Source of the DNA: Candidatus Hadarchaeota archaeon
GTDB lineage: Archaea; Hadarchaeota; Hadarchaeia; Hadarchaeales; Hadarchaeaceae
NCBI GenBank assembly: GCA_040757795.1
Contig: JBFLWG010000003.1
Location: forward strand, 1 to 41,157
Reading direction: 5' to 3'
DNA: 41,157 bases
The notes below the pieces were generated by a model. The model searched no databases and had not been told where the DNA came from. It was given only the letters and a program-made list of their open reading frames with translations. The position numbers and the translations under genes are program-made. Positions 18,262 to 27,928 of this stretch are shown one piece after another; within the stretch, counting starts at the first letter, position 1, and every line of letters begins with the position of its first letter.

Positions 18262-19815
18262 ATGAAAGTGGTTACAGGCGAGGAGGCCATTAGCCACATG
18301 AAAGATGGGAGTACAGTTGCGACTGGCGGCTTCACGACCACCAACCTCCCGTTTGAGCTCCTCAACGCGCTGAAAGACAGCTTTCTAAAAACCGGCAGGC
18401 CAAGAAATCTTACTGTAATTCAGCCGGCAGGGCAGTCGGGCGGCAAGGGGGTTGGGTTCGACATGATTGGGATAGAGCACCTCATCAAGAAGTTCATCTT
18501 CACACACTCGGGGAAGGCCCCACAGATAAGCGAGCTGATGATGAACAACAAGATGATTGCCTACTGTATACCACAGGGGGTGATTTCTCAGATGTTCCGG
18601 GTCATCGCCGCGAAGAAACCGCGTTTGATAACTCACACGGGGCTGTACTCTTTTGTTGACCCGAGAGTCGAAGGCGGAAAAATAAACGATGCCACGAGGA
18701 AGGAGGAAGACATCGTGGAGCTGCTCGAGATTGACGGAAAGGAGTACCTGAGCTACAAAGTCTTCCCGGTTGATTTTGCATTGATCCGCGGGACGACTGC
18801 GGATGAAAAAGGGAACATATCAATGGAGAAGGAGGGAGTGACCCTTGAAAACCTGGCCATCGCCCAGGCAACGAGGAACTCCGGCGGGACCGTGGTTGTC
18901 CAGGTGGAAAAGGTCGTGAAGGGGCTCCTGCCGAGCAGGACGGTTAAGATCCCTAGCATCCTCGTGGATTACGTTGTGGTGGCGACGAAACCAGAGTACA
19001 TGTGGCAGACCATTCATGAGTCTTACAACAAAGCCATCAGCGGAGAAATTAGAATTCCTCCGGCCACTGTCGAACCAAGGCCGCTCGACGAGAGGAAGGT
19101 CGTCGGGAGACGGGCCGCCATGGAGCTGAAACAGGGGGCGGTCGTGAACCTTGGTATCGGGATGGCCACTGAGGTCGCCAACGTCGCCATGGAGGAAAAC
19201 ATTTACGACAAGATCACGCTGACGGTGGAGTCGGGCGTCATAGGCGGAGTTCCCATGTCTGGCTGCGATTTCGGGGTCGCGGTCAACTATGAGGCGGTCA
19301 TCGACCAGCCCTATCAATTTGATTTCTACCAAGGCGGCGGGCTGGATCTTGGATTTCTTGGTCTGGCGCAGGTCGATGAGAAGGGGAACGAGAACGTGAG
19401 CAAGTTTGGGGGGAGGTTTGCGGGCTGCGGCGGGTTCATAGACATCGCGCAGAATGCAAAGAAGGTCGTCTTCTGCGGAACTATGACCACCAAGGGCCTT
19501 GAGGTGGAGGTCGGCGAGGGGAAGCTGAAGATTTTGAAAGAGGGATTGATCAAGAAATTTGTGAAGAATGTGGAGCAAATCACTTTCAGCGGCGAGTATG
19601 CAAGGAAGAAGGGGCAGGAGGTCATGTATGTCACGGAGCGGGCAGTTTTCAGGCTTGGCAAGGATGGGCTGGTGCTGGAGGAGATTGCGCCGGGGGTTGA
19701 CCTGAAGAAGGATGTTCTAGCGCAGATGGAGTTCTCTCCGACCGTCTCAAGCAAGCTCAAGCTGATGGACGAGAAGATATTCAGGAAAGAGAAGCTGGGG
19801 CTCAAGTTGGACTAA
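18262..19815 (+). CDS. Family I CoA-transferase, fused alpha/beta (Pct/YdiF-like)
   Basis: PQG, TGLxSFVDPR, RGTTADExGN, NLGIG, catalytic TVESG, GCGGFIDI, YVTERAVF, EIAPG. Confidence 0.93.
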   Translation: MKVVTGEEAISHMKDGSTVATGGFTTTNLPFELLNALKDSFLKTGRPRNLTVIQPAGQSGGKGVGFDMIGIEHLIKKFIFTHSGKAPQISELMMNNKMIAYCIPQGVISQMFRVIAAKKPRLITHTGLYSFVDPRVEGGKINDATRKEEDIVELLEIDGKEYLSYKVFPVDFALIRGTTADEKGNISMEKEGVTLENLAIAQATRNSGGTVVVQVEKVVKGLLPSRTVKIPSILVDYVVVATKPEYMWQTIHESYNKAISGEIRIPPATVEPRPLDERKVVGRRAAMELKQGAVVNLGIGMATEVANVAMEENIYDKITLTVESGVIGGVPMSGCDFGVAVNYEAVIDQPYQFDFYQGGGLDLGFLGLAQVDEKGNENVSKFGGRFAGCGGFIDIAQNAKKVVFCGTMTTKGLEVEVGEGKLKILKEGLIKKFVKNVEQITFSGEYARKKGQEVMYVTERAVFRLGKDGLVLEEIAPGVDLKKDVLAQMEFSPTVSSKLKLMDEKIFRKEKLGLKLD

Positions 19816-19835
19816 TCGGTTACAAAATTTTCTTT

Positions 19836-20117
19836 TCAAGTAAGAAAAAGTTGTTTGAGCTTCTGATTGTACTCATCGCGCGAGATGGGGGCGTAAATGC
19901 CGACCCGACGTCCCTTGCCAACCACCAATATTCTCAACAGTCCGGCTTCATGCATGCGACGTAGAGTAGACGAGGCGGACCAAACCTGTTTTCTTCTCTG
20001 GCCACCGTAACTTACCACTCCGCGGTCAAGCAAATCGTTGTGTGTGAACTTCCCAACGTCATTGTTCCACGCCCACTCTAGGATGATACGCCAGGTTCTC
20101 TCGCAGGGTCGCCTCAT
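19836..20117 (-). CDS. Putative winged-helix DNA-binding protein
   Basis: SSTLRRMHEAGLLRI...GKGRR..IY wHTH-like pattern; start ATG 20117 inferred from the upstream TATA. Confidence 0.6.
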   Translation of the reverse strand: MRRPCERTWRIILEWAWNNDVGKFTHNDLLDRGVVSYGGQRRKQVWSASSTLRRMHEAGLLRILVVGKGRRVGIYAPISRDEYNQKLKQLFLT

Positions 20118-20132
20118 GAATGTCACTTTCCT

Positions 20133-20157
20133 TAGTTGGGAATGACACTCCCAACTA
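20133..20157. promoter_or_regulatory. Inverted-repeat operator TAGTTGGGA-N7-TCCCAACTA
   Basis: Perfect 9-bp arms abutting a minus-strand TTTTATA box upstream of the wHTH gene. Confidence 0.6.
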
Positions 20158-20244
20158 TAAAAAACATTTTGATGCACGCTGGCAGCGGCTGGCTTTTCCC
20201 ACTGCTTAATTTAACCCAAACGAAATTGATTGGAGCGTGAGAGG

Positions 20245-21624
20245 ATGATAATCAAGAATAAAAAACAGCTGCTAGGGAACGCTGCTACACCGGAACTCCG
20301 CAGGGCGAGAGAAGTGCTTATCGAGGTCGTGAAAATAGCGATTGATTCCGCCGACCCGTCTTTGGCTTTGCGCCGGAGGCTGAAGCTTAAAGGAAAGCGG
20401 CTCAAAGTAGGCGACAAGGAGTTCGACATTTCAAAGGCAAAGGAAGTCATAGTCGTTGGCGGCGGGAAGGCGAGCGGGGCAATGGCTGAGGCGCTGGAGG
20501 ACATCATCGGGGACAAAATCACAGCTGGCGTGGTCAACGTCCCAAAAGGGCTGGCGTCGAAATATCACGTGAAAAAAATCAAACTCATTGAAGCCACCCA
20601 CCCGTTGCCGACGGAGGTTGGCGTGGCCGGCGCGATGGAAATGATGGATCTCGTGAGCGGGCTCGGACCAGATGATCTTGTAATCTGCCTCTTGAGTGGC
20701 GGCGGCTCGGCGCTGATTCCTCTGCCTGCCGAAGGGATTTCACTTGACGAGCTGCAAGAGACGACCAAGCTTTTCCTAAAATGCGGGGCTGACATCAACG
20801 AGACGAACGCCGTCAGGAAGCATCTTTCCGGGATAGCTGGCGGACAGCTGGCCAAGGCGGCGTGCCCTGCGCAGGTGGTCACTCTGATCATCTCAGACGT
20901 AATCGGGGACAGACTGGACACTATTGCGAGCGGGCCGACCTACCCTGACTCGACGAGCTTTGCGGACGCGATGGCGGTGATCCAAAGGTACAAGCTTGCC
21001 GGGAAGTTGCCTGAAAGGGCCCTCAAACGTCTGCGGCTGGGGGTTGATGGAAAAATTCCTGACACACCGAAGCCAAGGGACAAATGCTTCGCGAAAGTTT
21101 TCCACGAGATCATAGCGAGCAACTCTTTGGCAGTGGAGGCTGCGGCCAAGGTGGGAGAATCTCTAGGCTTCAACGTCTCAATACTCACGACCGAGATGCA
21201 AGGCGAGGCGAGCGAGGTGGGCGCGGAATTTGCTGCTCTTGCGAAGAAAGTTGGACAATCTGGAAAACCTGCGCGGAGGCCGGCGCTATTTGTTTCTGGC
21301 GGAGAGACGACGGTGAATGTGGTGGGAAAGGGGCCGGGCGGGCGCAGCCAGGAGCTTGTGCTTGGCGCAGTTGCTGGGCTATCTGGGATGAACAATGCTG
21401 CACTTGTGGCCTTTGGCACTGACGGAATAGACGGACCCACAGACGCTGCTGGTGCAATCGCTGACGGCCACACGCTTGAAAGGGCTGGAAGCCTGAAGCT
21501 GGACCCAAAGGACTACCTCAAGGAGAATGCGCCTTATCCATTCTTCAAAAAACTAGATGACCTTCTTATGACTGGGCCAACTGGGACTAACGTAATGGAT
21601 GTTGCGTGCTTGGTTGTGGTCTAA
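20245..21624 (+). CDS. Glycerate 2-kinase (MOFRL family)
   Basis: GGGKAS, HPLP, LSGGGSAL, VRKHLS, SDVIGD, IASGPT, GGETTV, TDGIDGPTDAAG, TGPTGTNVMD. Confidence 0.93.
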   Translation: MIIKNKKQLLGNAATPELRRAREVLIEVVKIAIDSADPSLALRRRLKLKGKRLKVGDKEFDISKAKEVIVVGGGKASGAMAEALEDIIGDKITAGVVNVPKGLASKYHVKKIKLIEATHPLPTEVGVAGAMEMMDLVSGLGPDDLVICLLSGGGSALIPLPAEGISLDELQETTKLFLKCGADINETNAVRKHLSGIAGGQLAKAACPAQVVTLIISDVIGDRLDTIASGPTYPDSTSFADAMAVIQRYKLAGKLPERALKRLRLGVDGKIPDTPKPRDKCFAKVFHEIIASNSLAVEAAAKVGESLGFNVSILTTEMQGEASEVGAEFAALAKKVGQSGKPARRPALFVSGGETTVNVVGKGPGGRSQELVLGAVAGLSGMNNAALVAFGTDGIDGPTDAAGAIADGHTLERAGSLKLDPKDYLKENAPYPFFKKLDDLLMTGPTGTNVMDVACLVVV

Positions 21625-21662
21625 AAAAAGAAAGCGGCGGCGAAAGCAATTAATCGTTCTAC

Positions 21663-21935
21663 TTACTTTTTGCTGCCCCACCGCCCAATAAGCACTATCG
21701 CTACAACACACAACATCGTGACCATAACTGCGGTTATAATAAACACCACCCAGCCTGCCCAAGTTCCGCCAGCTGTTGTAAGCGGGATACCAGCTGTTGC
21801 GAAACCTGCCAGGACAACTTGGGTCCAAATCATACCAATGACAATACCAAACGCCGTTCCGAGTGATGTAGCAACAGTTCTCTTTATTTCCCCAACGCTG
21901 ATTGGTGCAGAATGTTCCTTTGGCATTTTTTTCAC
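21663..21935 (-). CDS. Small membrane protein (DUF5654-like)
   Basis: Hydrophobic helices; TAFGIVIGMIW motif. Confidence 0.65.
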   Translation of the reverse strand: MKKMPKEHSAPISVGEIKRTVATSLGTAFGIVIGMIWTQVVLAGFATAGIPLTTAGGTWAGWVVFIITAVMVTMLCVVAIVLIGRWGSKK

Positions 21936-22029
21936 CCCCAGTACTTTCTCTGGATTAAATTCAAACGCCGAAAGGAATAAGTGTTTTCATAAAGTGAAAG
22001 CCAATCTACAATTCCAAATAAATGATAAA

Positions 22030-23934
22030 CTACTTCTTTATCTTGTCCGCGACCCACCCGACATCCAGTTCCTCAAGCTTCCCGTGGGTAGGCTTCCCGT
22101 TCGCGTCCCAACCCATCATCTGGTAGTAGTCCTCGACCGCCACCTTGAATACATCCTTAGAGAACTTCAGCCCCTTCTGCGGCCCGTTCCCAATAGGCTG
22201 GAATAATCTTTCAGGAACCCAGTCGTCCTCCTTCGTGAAACCTTCCCTGACATTGAAAGCCCGCGCCATCGTGGTCCCCCTCTCCCCAACCTTCATCAGC
22301 TCCCAAGCTGTGGTGTCCCATCCAGTGATAGCGTTAACAATCTCCACGACCTGAGGTATCGACCAAACCCTCGCCGGCGCCGTGGTGAACAGGCACAAAT
22401 CAAGACTGTTGCCGAGGCTCCACCAGTGCTGCAGGTATGTGAACAGCCTGACCTTGCGCGGCCCGAGGTCCGTGCTCTTAACTCCCTCCAAAATCCCAAT
22501 CGGTTTCAAGTTGTTGAGGAAGAATCCCTCGCCCTCGAAGCATGGGTCGTGCTCCATCTGGACGTGGTCTGCCCCAATTGGAGAAACTCCGTAACCGAAG
22601 CCAACGCCCGCCTTGAAGCGCCCCTCGTGCATCGGGAGCTCCTTGCCCTTCACATGCATGGCATACTTCTCTGCGCCCTTCCCGATTTTCGCCGCAGCCA
22701 ACTTGACGCCTTCCGCCAGAAGGTCGCCCAGCCCCTCGCGGTCAGCTATCATCTGCACCATCTTCAGCATGCCCTCGGCGTTGCCAAACTTCAGGTCAAT
22801 CCCGCCCGTGTCCTTCTTCGTCAACAGCCCGTTCTCGTAGCACTCCATCGCGAAAGCAACCGCGACCCCTGTGGAGATCGCGTCCATCCCGTATGCGTTG
22901 CAAAGCTCGCTCGCCTTGCACACCGCCTTCACGTCATCGACACCGCAACATGACCCGAGAGCTCCAAGCGCCTCATACTCCGGTGCCCCGTAATCGGGGT
23001 CCAGTTTCATGTTCGGCTCATCCAGCTTGACATTCATCTTGCACGCAATCGAGCAGGACCAACACGCCACCTGCCCGGAATGCAAGGTCGCATTGATTGT
23101 TTCTCCGCTTATCTTCTCAGCGCCCTCGAAAGCCCCATCGCGGAAGTTCCTCGTCGGAAGGATTCCCGCTCCTTGGCATTGCAGGACATACTGGGCCGTG
23201 CCGAGCTTGTGGAGTCCCGCGGGGTCGCCGCTCGCGCACTTCAGGTAATTGTCAGCGAACCATTTCATGAGAGTCTTCACCTTCTCCAGGTCATTTATGT
23301 TTGTTCCCCCAGGCTTCCCGCTCGCCGCTATCGCCTTCAGGTTCTTTGACCCCATGACCGCCCCAAGCCCTCCGCGGCCGTTTGCGTCCCTGAGCTTGTT
23401 TATTACGCATGCGAAACGAACTAGCTTCTCGCCAGCCGGGCCAATCTGCGCGACCTTTGCTGTCTTGTCCTTGATCTCCTCGCGGATGATCTCCTCAGCT
23501 TCCTTGGTTGTCTTCCCCCAGGCCTTGCTCGCGTCTCTAATCTCCGCCTTGCCATCGTGCAGCCACAAGTAGACCGGCTTATTTGCCTTCCCCTTCACAA
23601 CCACCGCGTCGAAACCGGAGAACTTCAGCCACGGCCCCCAATCGCCGCCGGCCTCTGCTTCGCCATAGCCCTCTGTGAGAGGAGACTTGCTGGCGACGGA
23701 GAACCTCGACAGTCCCTGCAAAGGCGCCCCTGTGATTACGCTGGGTGCAAATATCAGAAGGTTGTCTGGGCCGAGCGGGTCGGTTCCCGCCTCCATCTCG
23801 TTCAGCAAGTAGTAAAGCGAGAGCGCCCTACCGCCGAGATACCTCCTGTAAAATGTCTCGTCTTTCTCTTCGACCGTCACCTTGTTTTGCGTCAAATCCA
23901 CGCGAAGAATCTTCCCGTTGTAACCGTGAACCAT
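22030..23934 (-). CDS. aor: Tungsten-dependent aldehyde:ferredoxin oxidoreductase family protein
   Basis: GYNGKILRVDL, KSPLT, IGPAGE, GRGGLGAVMGSKNLKA, CWSCSIAC, PEYE, CNAYGMD. Confidence 0.95.
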   Translation of the reverse strand: MVHGYNGKILRVDLTQNKVTVEEKDETFYRRYLGGRALSLYYLLNEMEAGTDPLGPDNLLIFAPSVITGAPLQGLSRFSVASKSPLTEGYGEAEAGGDWGPWLKFSGFDAVVVKGKANKPVYLWLHDGKAEIRDASKAWGKTTKEAEEIIREEIKDKTAKVAQIGPAGEKLVRFACVINKLRDANGRGGLGAVMGSKNLKAIAASGKPGGTNINDLEKVKTLMKWFADNYLKCASGDPAGLHKLGTAQYVLQCQGAGILPTRNFRDGAFEGAEKISGETINATLHSGQVACWSCSIACKMNVKLDEPNMKLDPDYGAPEYEALGALGSCCGVDDVKAVCKASELCNAYGMDAISTGVAVAFAMECYENGLLTKKDTGGIDLKFGNAEGMLKMVQMIADREGLGDLLAEGVKLAAAKIGKGAEKYAMHVKGKELPMHEGRFKAGVGFGYGVSPIGADHVQMEHDPCFEGEGFFLNNLKPIGILEGVKSTDLGPRKVRLFTYLQHWWSLGNSLDLCLFTTAPARVWSIPQVVEIVNAITGWDTTAWELMKVGERGTTMARAFNVREGFTKEDDWVPERLFQPIGNGPQKGLKFSKDVFKVAVEDYYQMMGWDANGKPTHGKLEELDVGWVADKIKK

Positions 23935-23943
23935 CTTAATCCC

Positions 23944-24873
23944 TCACTTTCCTCTCTTTGGCGGGTGGGCCAAAAGCTTCTCAACCTCTTTCCACTTCGG
24001 CATTGTCTGGGCGCCCACCTTCATTACTGAAAGAGCCGCGGACGCCGTCGCGAAGTCCGCCGCCTCAACCGGGTCCATCCCTTTGTAAATGCAGCTGACA
24101 AAAGTTGAGTTGAAGCAGTCCCCTGCGCCAGTAGTGTCCACAACAGGCTGGAGGTCGTATATCTTCACGCGCTCCTCCTTGGCCTCAGTCGCGACCCAGC
24201 AGCCCTCGTCCCCCAATGTTATGACCACAATCTCCGGGCCCATGCCGAGCAGCTTCCTCGCCGCTTTTTTGTAGTCCGTCTCCTTCGTGAGCTCCAGCGC
24301 ACCCCTCCTGTTGGGCAGTAGGATGTCAGTCATCTCGATCAAATCCTTTATCTTGTTCAAACCGTAAACCGCGACGTGCCTCTCCAGGTCAAAAGAAACC
24401 CTCTTCCCGGCCTCCTTAGCTATCTTCATACATTTCCTGGCCGAATCCATGTTCACGGCATCGGTGTGGAAAATTTCTGCCTTCGCGACGTAGCCGGGGA
24501 TTATGTCATTCGGCAGTAGCACATTCTTCTCCATGTTTGGGTCCTGAAGGATCTGGCGCTGCCCGTGGGAGTCAACTACAATTATATTTACGGCGGTATT
24601 TTTGTCCTTCTTCAGGAAGAAGTGGCCGGTGTCCATGCCTTCCTTCTTGAAGTTCTGCATTATCTCGTGGCCGTTCGGGTCGTCTCCGGATGACCCCATA
24701 AACCCAGACTTCACTCCCATCCTCGCCACCCCGACGTTGAAGTTGGCAACCACTCCGCCTGGCATCCTAGCGAATTCCTTTATCCAGATTTTGTCGTCTA
24801 CTTTGCAAAACTCATCCACCAGAGCAAACTGGTCAATCGAACACACTCCCAACCCAACTATGTCCGCGGTCAT
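23944..24873 (-). CDS. PfkB/ribokinase-family carbohydrate kinase
   Basis: PGGVVAN, GDD, ITLGDEG, VDTTGAGDCF. Confidence 0.92.
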   Translation of the reverse strand: MTADIVGLGVCSIDQFALVDEFCKVDDKIWIKEFARMPGGVVANFNVGVARMGVKSGFMGSSGDDPNGHEIMQNFKKEGMDTGHFFLKKDKNTAVNIIVVDSHGQRQILQDPNMEKNVLLPNDIIPGYVAKAEIFHTDAVNMDSARKCMKIAKEAGKRVSFDLERHVAVYGLNKIKDLIEMTDILLPNRRGALELTKETDYKKAARKLLGMGPEIVVITLGDEGCWVATEAKEERVKIYDLQPVVDTTGAGDCFNSTFVSCIYKGMDPVEAADFATASAALSVMKVGAQTMPKWKEVEKLLAHPPKRGK

Positions 24874-24961
24874 TCTTTGTCCTCCTCAACTTTTGCCATT
24901 TTACCTATTCCCGACTATTTAAAGTCTTTCGCCCGTAATCGGCAACCGCTTTGACGAAGCT

Positions 24962-25696
24962 TCAGGCTTTTCCCGCGAGCCACTTCAGTATCTGGCCGCC
25001 GAACTGCAGGTACAGGTTGCCCAACTCTGCCCCTTCAACCACTTTTCTGTCCTTGCCCCAGTCGACCATCCCGCCCACCCAGTGCGGCGAAAGGTCCGTG
25101 GTGAAGGCGAGCGACCTTCCTTCCCCGTACTCTCCGACCACTAGCAGCGGCACCTCTTGCTTCGCAAGCTTCACTTCTTCCACGTGGCCCTTGCCGACCG
25201 ACTCTATCCTTCTCATGCTCAACAGCACTTCTGCGCCTGCTTTGGTGGTCACGGCATTGTACCCGCAAACGGTCGGGGGGTCGTTCCAAGGCAGCCCTTT
25301 CAGAATCGGGTGGTCCTTTTTCTTTATTATTTTGAACCCATTGGGGTCGTTTACGCGGTCGTCCTTGGGGGAACACTTCACCGGCAGTATCTCCTCTACC
25401 GGCGTCCCGTGGTAATTCCCGTTGGAACCCGTGAAAGACCACCACCCGCCAATCATCCCCAGACCTTTGCCTCCTTCCACGTACTCTTTCAAAAGCTCCA
25501 TCTTTTTGTTTCCTATGTTTTGGGCCGGCCCATCGCTGATCACCACTGCGTCGTATTTTTGCAGCTCGGAAAGCTTCGAGGGCGCTTCGCTGAGCTTCTC
25601 TGGCGCGATGCGAAGAAAGTCGAAACCGCTGTTTTTCGTCACTGCTAACAGATACCTCGCATATGCCTCAAGTTCGCCTAAAATCAACACTCGCAT
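24962..25696 (-). CDS. Class I GATase-like (DUF1355-type) protein
   Basis: YDAVVISD, GGKGLGMIGGWWSF, EEILPV, GEGRSLAFTTD..PHW; no Cys at the elbow. Confidence 0.8.
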   Translation of the reverse strand: MRVLILGELEAYARYLLAVTKNSGFDFLRIAPEKLSEAPSKLSELQKYDAVVISDGPAQNIGNKKMELLKEYVEGGKGLGMIGGWWSFTGSNGNYHGTPVEEILPVKCSPKDDRVNDPNGFKIIKKKDHPILKGLPWNDPPTVCGYNAVTTKAGAEVLLSMRRIESVGKGHVEEVKLAKQEVPLLVVGEYGEGRSLAFTTDLSPHWVGGMVDWGKDRKVVEGAELGNLYLQFGGQILKWLAGKA

Positions 25697-25874
25697 AGAT
25701 ATAGGACTGAAAGATTCTATTTAAGGCTTTTTGCAGAAGTCGGACGAAATTTATCTTCCCGAGATAGCAATTTAAGAGGCATTTTTTCATTATTTGTATA
25801 AGCGGACAGGAGGTAAGAAAACGCTTTCTGCTGTAAAATCATCCTGGAGGAAGCCTGAAAAGACTGGCGCGGGC

Positions 25875-27437
25875 ATGGCCCCCAAAGAAGGGTACAGGAT
25901 AGTCCTGACCTCAGACCTTCCGACCATGAGCAACTTTGGCAACGACCCGTTCATGGCATTTCTCTGCACCTTCCCTCATAAAATTGTGAACAGGCTGTTG
26001 ACCAAGTATTTCGAGCCCCGGCTGGACGAAGAGGGGCGGCCGGAGTTCGCATCTTACGGCCTGCGCAGGGTAGAGGCCATCCTGTCAAAGGAATTTGGAG
26101 AAGAAAACGTGGTTGTCGCGCACCCCCAGACGCTGAACCGCTTCGTGGGGGAAAACACCAAAGTGATCGGTGTTTCAAGCCACGACCCGATGGGGATGGC
26201 CTACGTCAGCAGGACTTACAACGCAATCCTCGGCTTTGGCGGCGACTCCGTCAACTACTATTATTTCAAGCAGCTTCTGGACCACCCGGCAATCCGATGG
26301 CGGAACAAGGAAAAAACCAAGCTCATGGTAGGCGGCCCCGGCGCCTGGCAGATCAAGGACATGAAGATGCAGGATGCTTTGGGCATCGACATCCTGGCCC
26401 ACGGAGACGCCGAGCGGGATCTGGCGAAAGTGGTCAGGGATATTTTGGACGGCAGGGACATCGGCAGCGAGGTCCTGATGAGCCAAGTTGACCCTGAGAA
26501 AGACGGCATCCCCCCGATAATCAGGCCCTCGAGCTACGGCTGCGTTGAGATAACCCGGGGATGCGGAAGGGGGTGCCAGTTCTGCTACCCCACAACAAGG
26601 AAGAGATGCTCCCTCCCCATGGACTTCATATTGAAGGAGGTCAAAACAAACGCGGACGGCGGCACGAAATCCATTTTCATCATCTCGGACGACATCTTCC
26701 TTTATGAAATCGGGCCAAACTTCGTCCCGAACAGGAAAAAAGTAGTTGAACTTTTCTCGAAGATAGCCTCACAGCCCGGGGTGGAAGACATACACCTCTC
26801 CCACGCCGCCATGGCCCCTGTGGTGGCGGACCCTAAGATGATAGAAGAGCTAAGCCCCATCCTGCTTGAGAAAACCCACCGGCGCTTCTGCGGGAAGCCG
26901 TACGTGACGGTGGAGATCGGGGTAGAAACCGGAAGCGTCAGGCTGATGAAGAAGGGTATGAGGGGGAAGGCGCTGCCATTCAGCGTTGACAAGTGGCATG
27001 AGATAGTCGACACCGGGCTGGGGACACTGAACGACAACGCCTGGTATCCTCTCTGCACATTCCTTGTTGGGCCCCCTGACGAGACCGAGGATGACGTCAT
27101 GGCGACTCTGGAGCTGCTTGACAAAATAAAGGACAAGAAGCTGCTTTACGTCCCGGTCCTTTTCATCCCCATCAAAGGCACATTCTGGGAGCAGGAGAAG
27201 TCGGTTGGGCTGGATTACCTGTCGGAGCTGCAGTGGGAGGTCATATCCACGGGCTGGGAGCGAAACCTCAGGATATGGAAGAAGGAGAGCGAAAGGATAG
27301 TGAAAACTGCCGGGTTTTTCGCCTATTGGCTTTACCTGAGGTGGAAGCACGGCGGGAAGACAGTTCGGCCTGTGATGAGATTCTTGGGTCTCATGGGGCA
27401 GCGCGCCAAGCGGAGGCAGGCATCGCGTGCGGCCTAG
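25875..27437 (+). CDS. Radical SAM protein with N-terminal B12-binding-like domain
   Basis: EITRGCGRGCQFC, YGLRRVEA, HDPMG, VGGPGAWQ, GVETGS; start reassigned to ATG 25875. Confidence 0.9.
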   Translation: MAPKEGYRIVLTSDLPTMSNFGNDPFMAFLCTFPHKIVNRLLTKYFEPRLDEEGRPEFASYGLRRVEAILSKEFGEENVVVAHPQTLNRFVGENTKVIGVSSHDPMGMAYVSRTYNAILGFGGDSVNYYYFKQLLDHPAIRWRNKEKTKLMVGGPGAWQIKDMKMQDALGIDILAHGDAERDLAKVVRDILDGRDIGSEVLMSQVDPEKDGIPPIIRPSSYGCVEITRGCGRGCQFCYPTTRKRCSLPMDFILKEVKTNADGGTKSIFIISDDIFLYEIGPNFVPNRKKVVELFSKIASQPGVEDIHLSHAAMAPVVADPKMIEELSPILLEKTHRRFCGKPYVTVEIGVETGSVRLMKKGMRGKALPFSVDKWHEIVDTGLGTLNDNAWYPLCTFLVGPPDETEDDVMATLELLDKIKDKKLLYVPVLFIPIKGTFWEQEKSVGLDYLSELQWEVISTGWERNLRIWKKESERIVKTAGFFAYWLYLRWKHGGKTVRPVMRFLGLMGQRAKRRQASRAA

Positions 27438-27467
27438 TAGCGGTTAGATTAAAGTCTCTTGAAGTTC

Positions 27468-27500
27468 AAAAAAATTAAAGAGCGAGATGTTCCCGCTCTT
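27468..27500 (-). terminator. Hairpin plus U-tract terminator
   Basis: Minus strand AAGAGCGGGA-ACA-TCTCGCTCTT followed by TAATTTTTTT at the stop of the 27499 gene. Confidence 0.55.
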
Positions 27501-27858
27501 AACCACTTTTCGCTATCGCCAATATCGTTTTCAATGCAATCAAAATCGCTCCAGCACCCACGAACACTGTGATGTTGGCTGCCAACCTTAGAAGTTCAAC
27601 TGGTATCGCGACCAGCATCAGTTGCTGCATACCCAACGCCGTGACTATGAAAACCACCGACGCAAACAGGTACGGGCCAGTTTCCTTTGAGCTCACGTTC
27701 GCAATCCCGACGATTATCCCAAGTACCGCGAGACCAACGTAGAGCCATCCAGACGGGGTTATGAAAACCGCTGCTACTGTGATCAACAGGCCAACGTAGA
27801 ATGCTATCGGGCCGACCAGTTTCATTGTGGACACTGCAGCTGCTTTTCCTCTTGGCAA
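27499..27858 (-). CDS. Hypothetical 4-TM membrane protein
   Basis: Hydrophobic helices; GIIVGIANVSSKE; GGAGGTG followed by TTG at 27858. Confidence 0.75.
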   Translation of the reverse strand: MPRGKAAAVSTMKLVGPIAFYVGLLITVAAVFITPSGWLYVGLAVLGIIVGIANVSSKETGPYLFASVVFIVTALGMQQLMLVAIPVELLRLAANITVFVGAGAILIALKTILAIAKSG

Positions 27859-27928
27859 TTTTGCACCTCCAACCACAACTAGTTTTCAGGCATTTAAATT
27901 GATCTTAAACGTTTGGATTTTTCCAAAT

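Noticed and set aside
18820-19578. 252-aa minus-strand ORF
   Set aside because: Antisense shadow of the CoA-transferase
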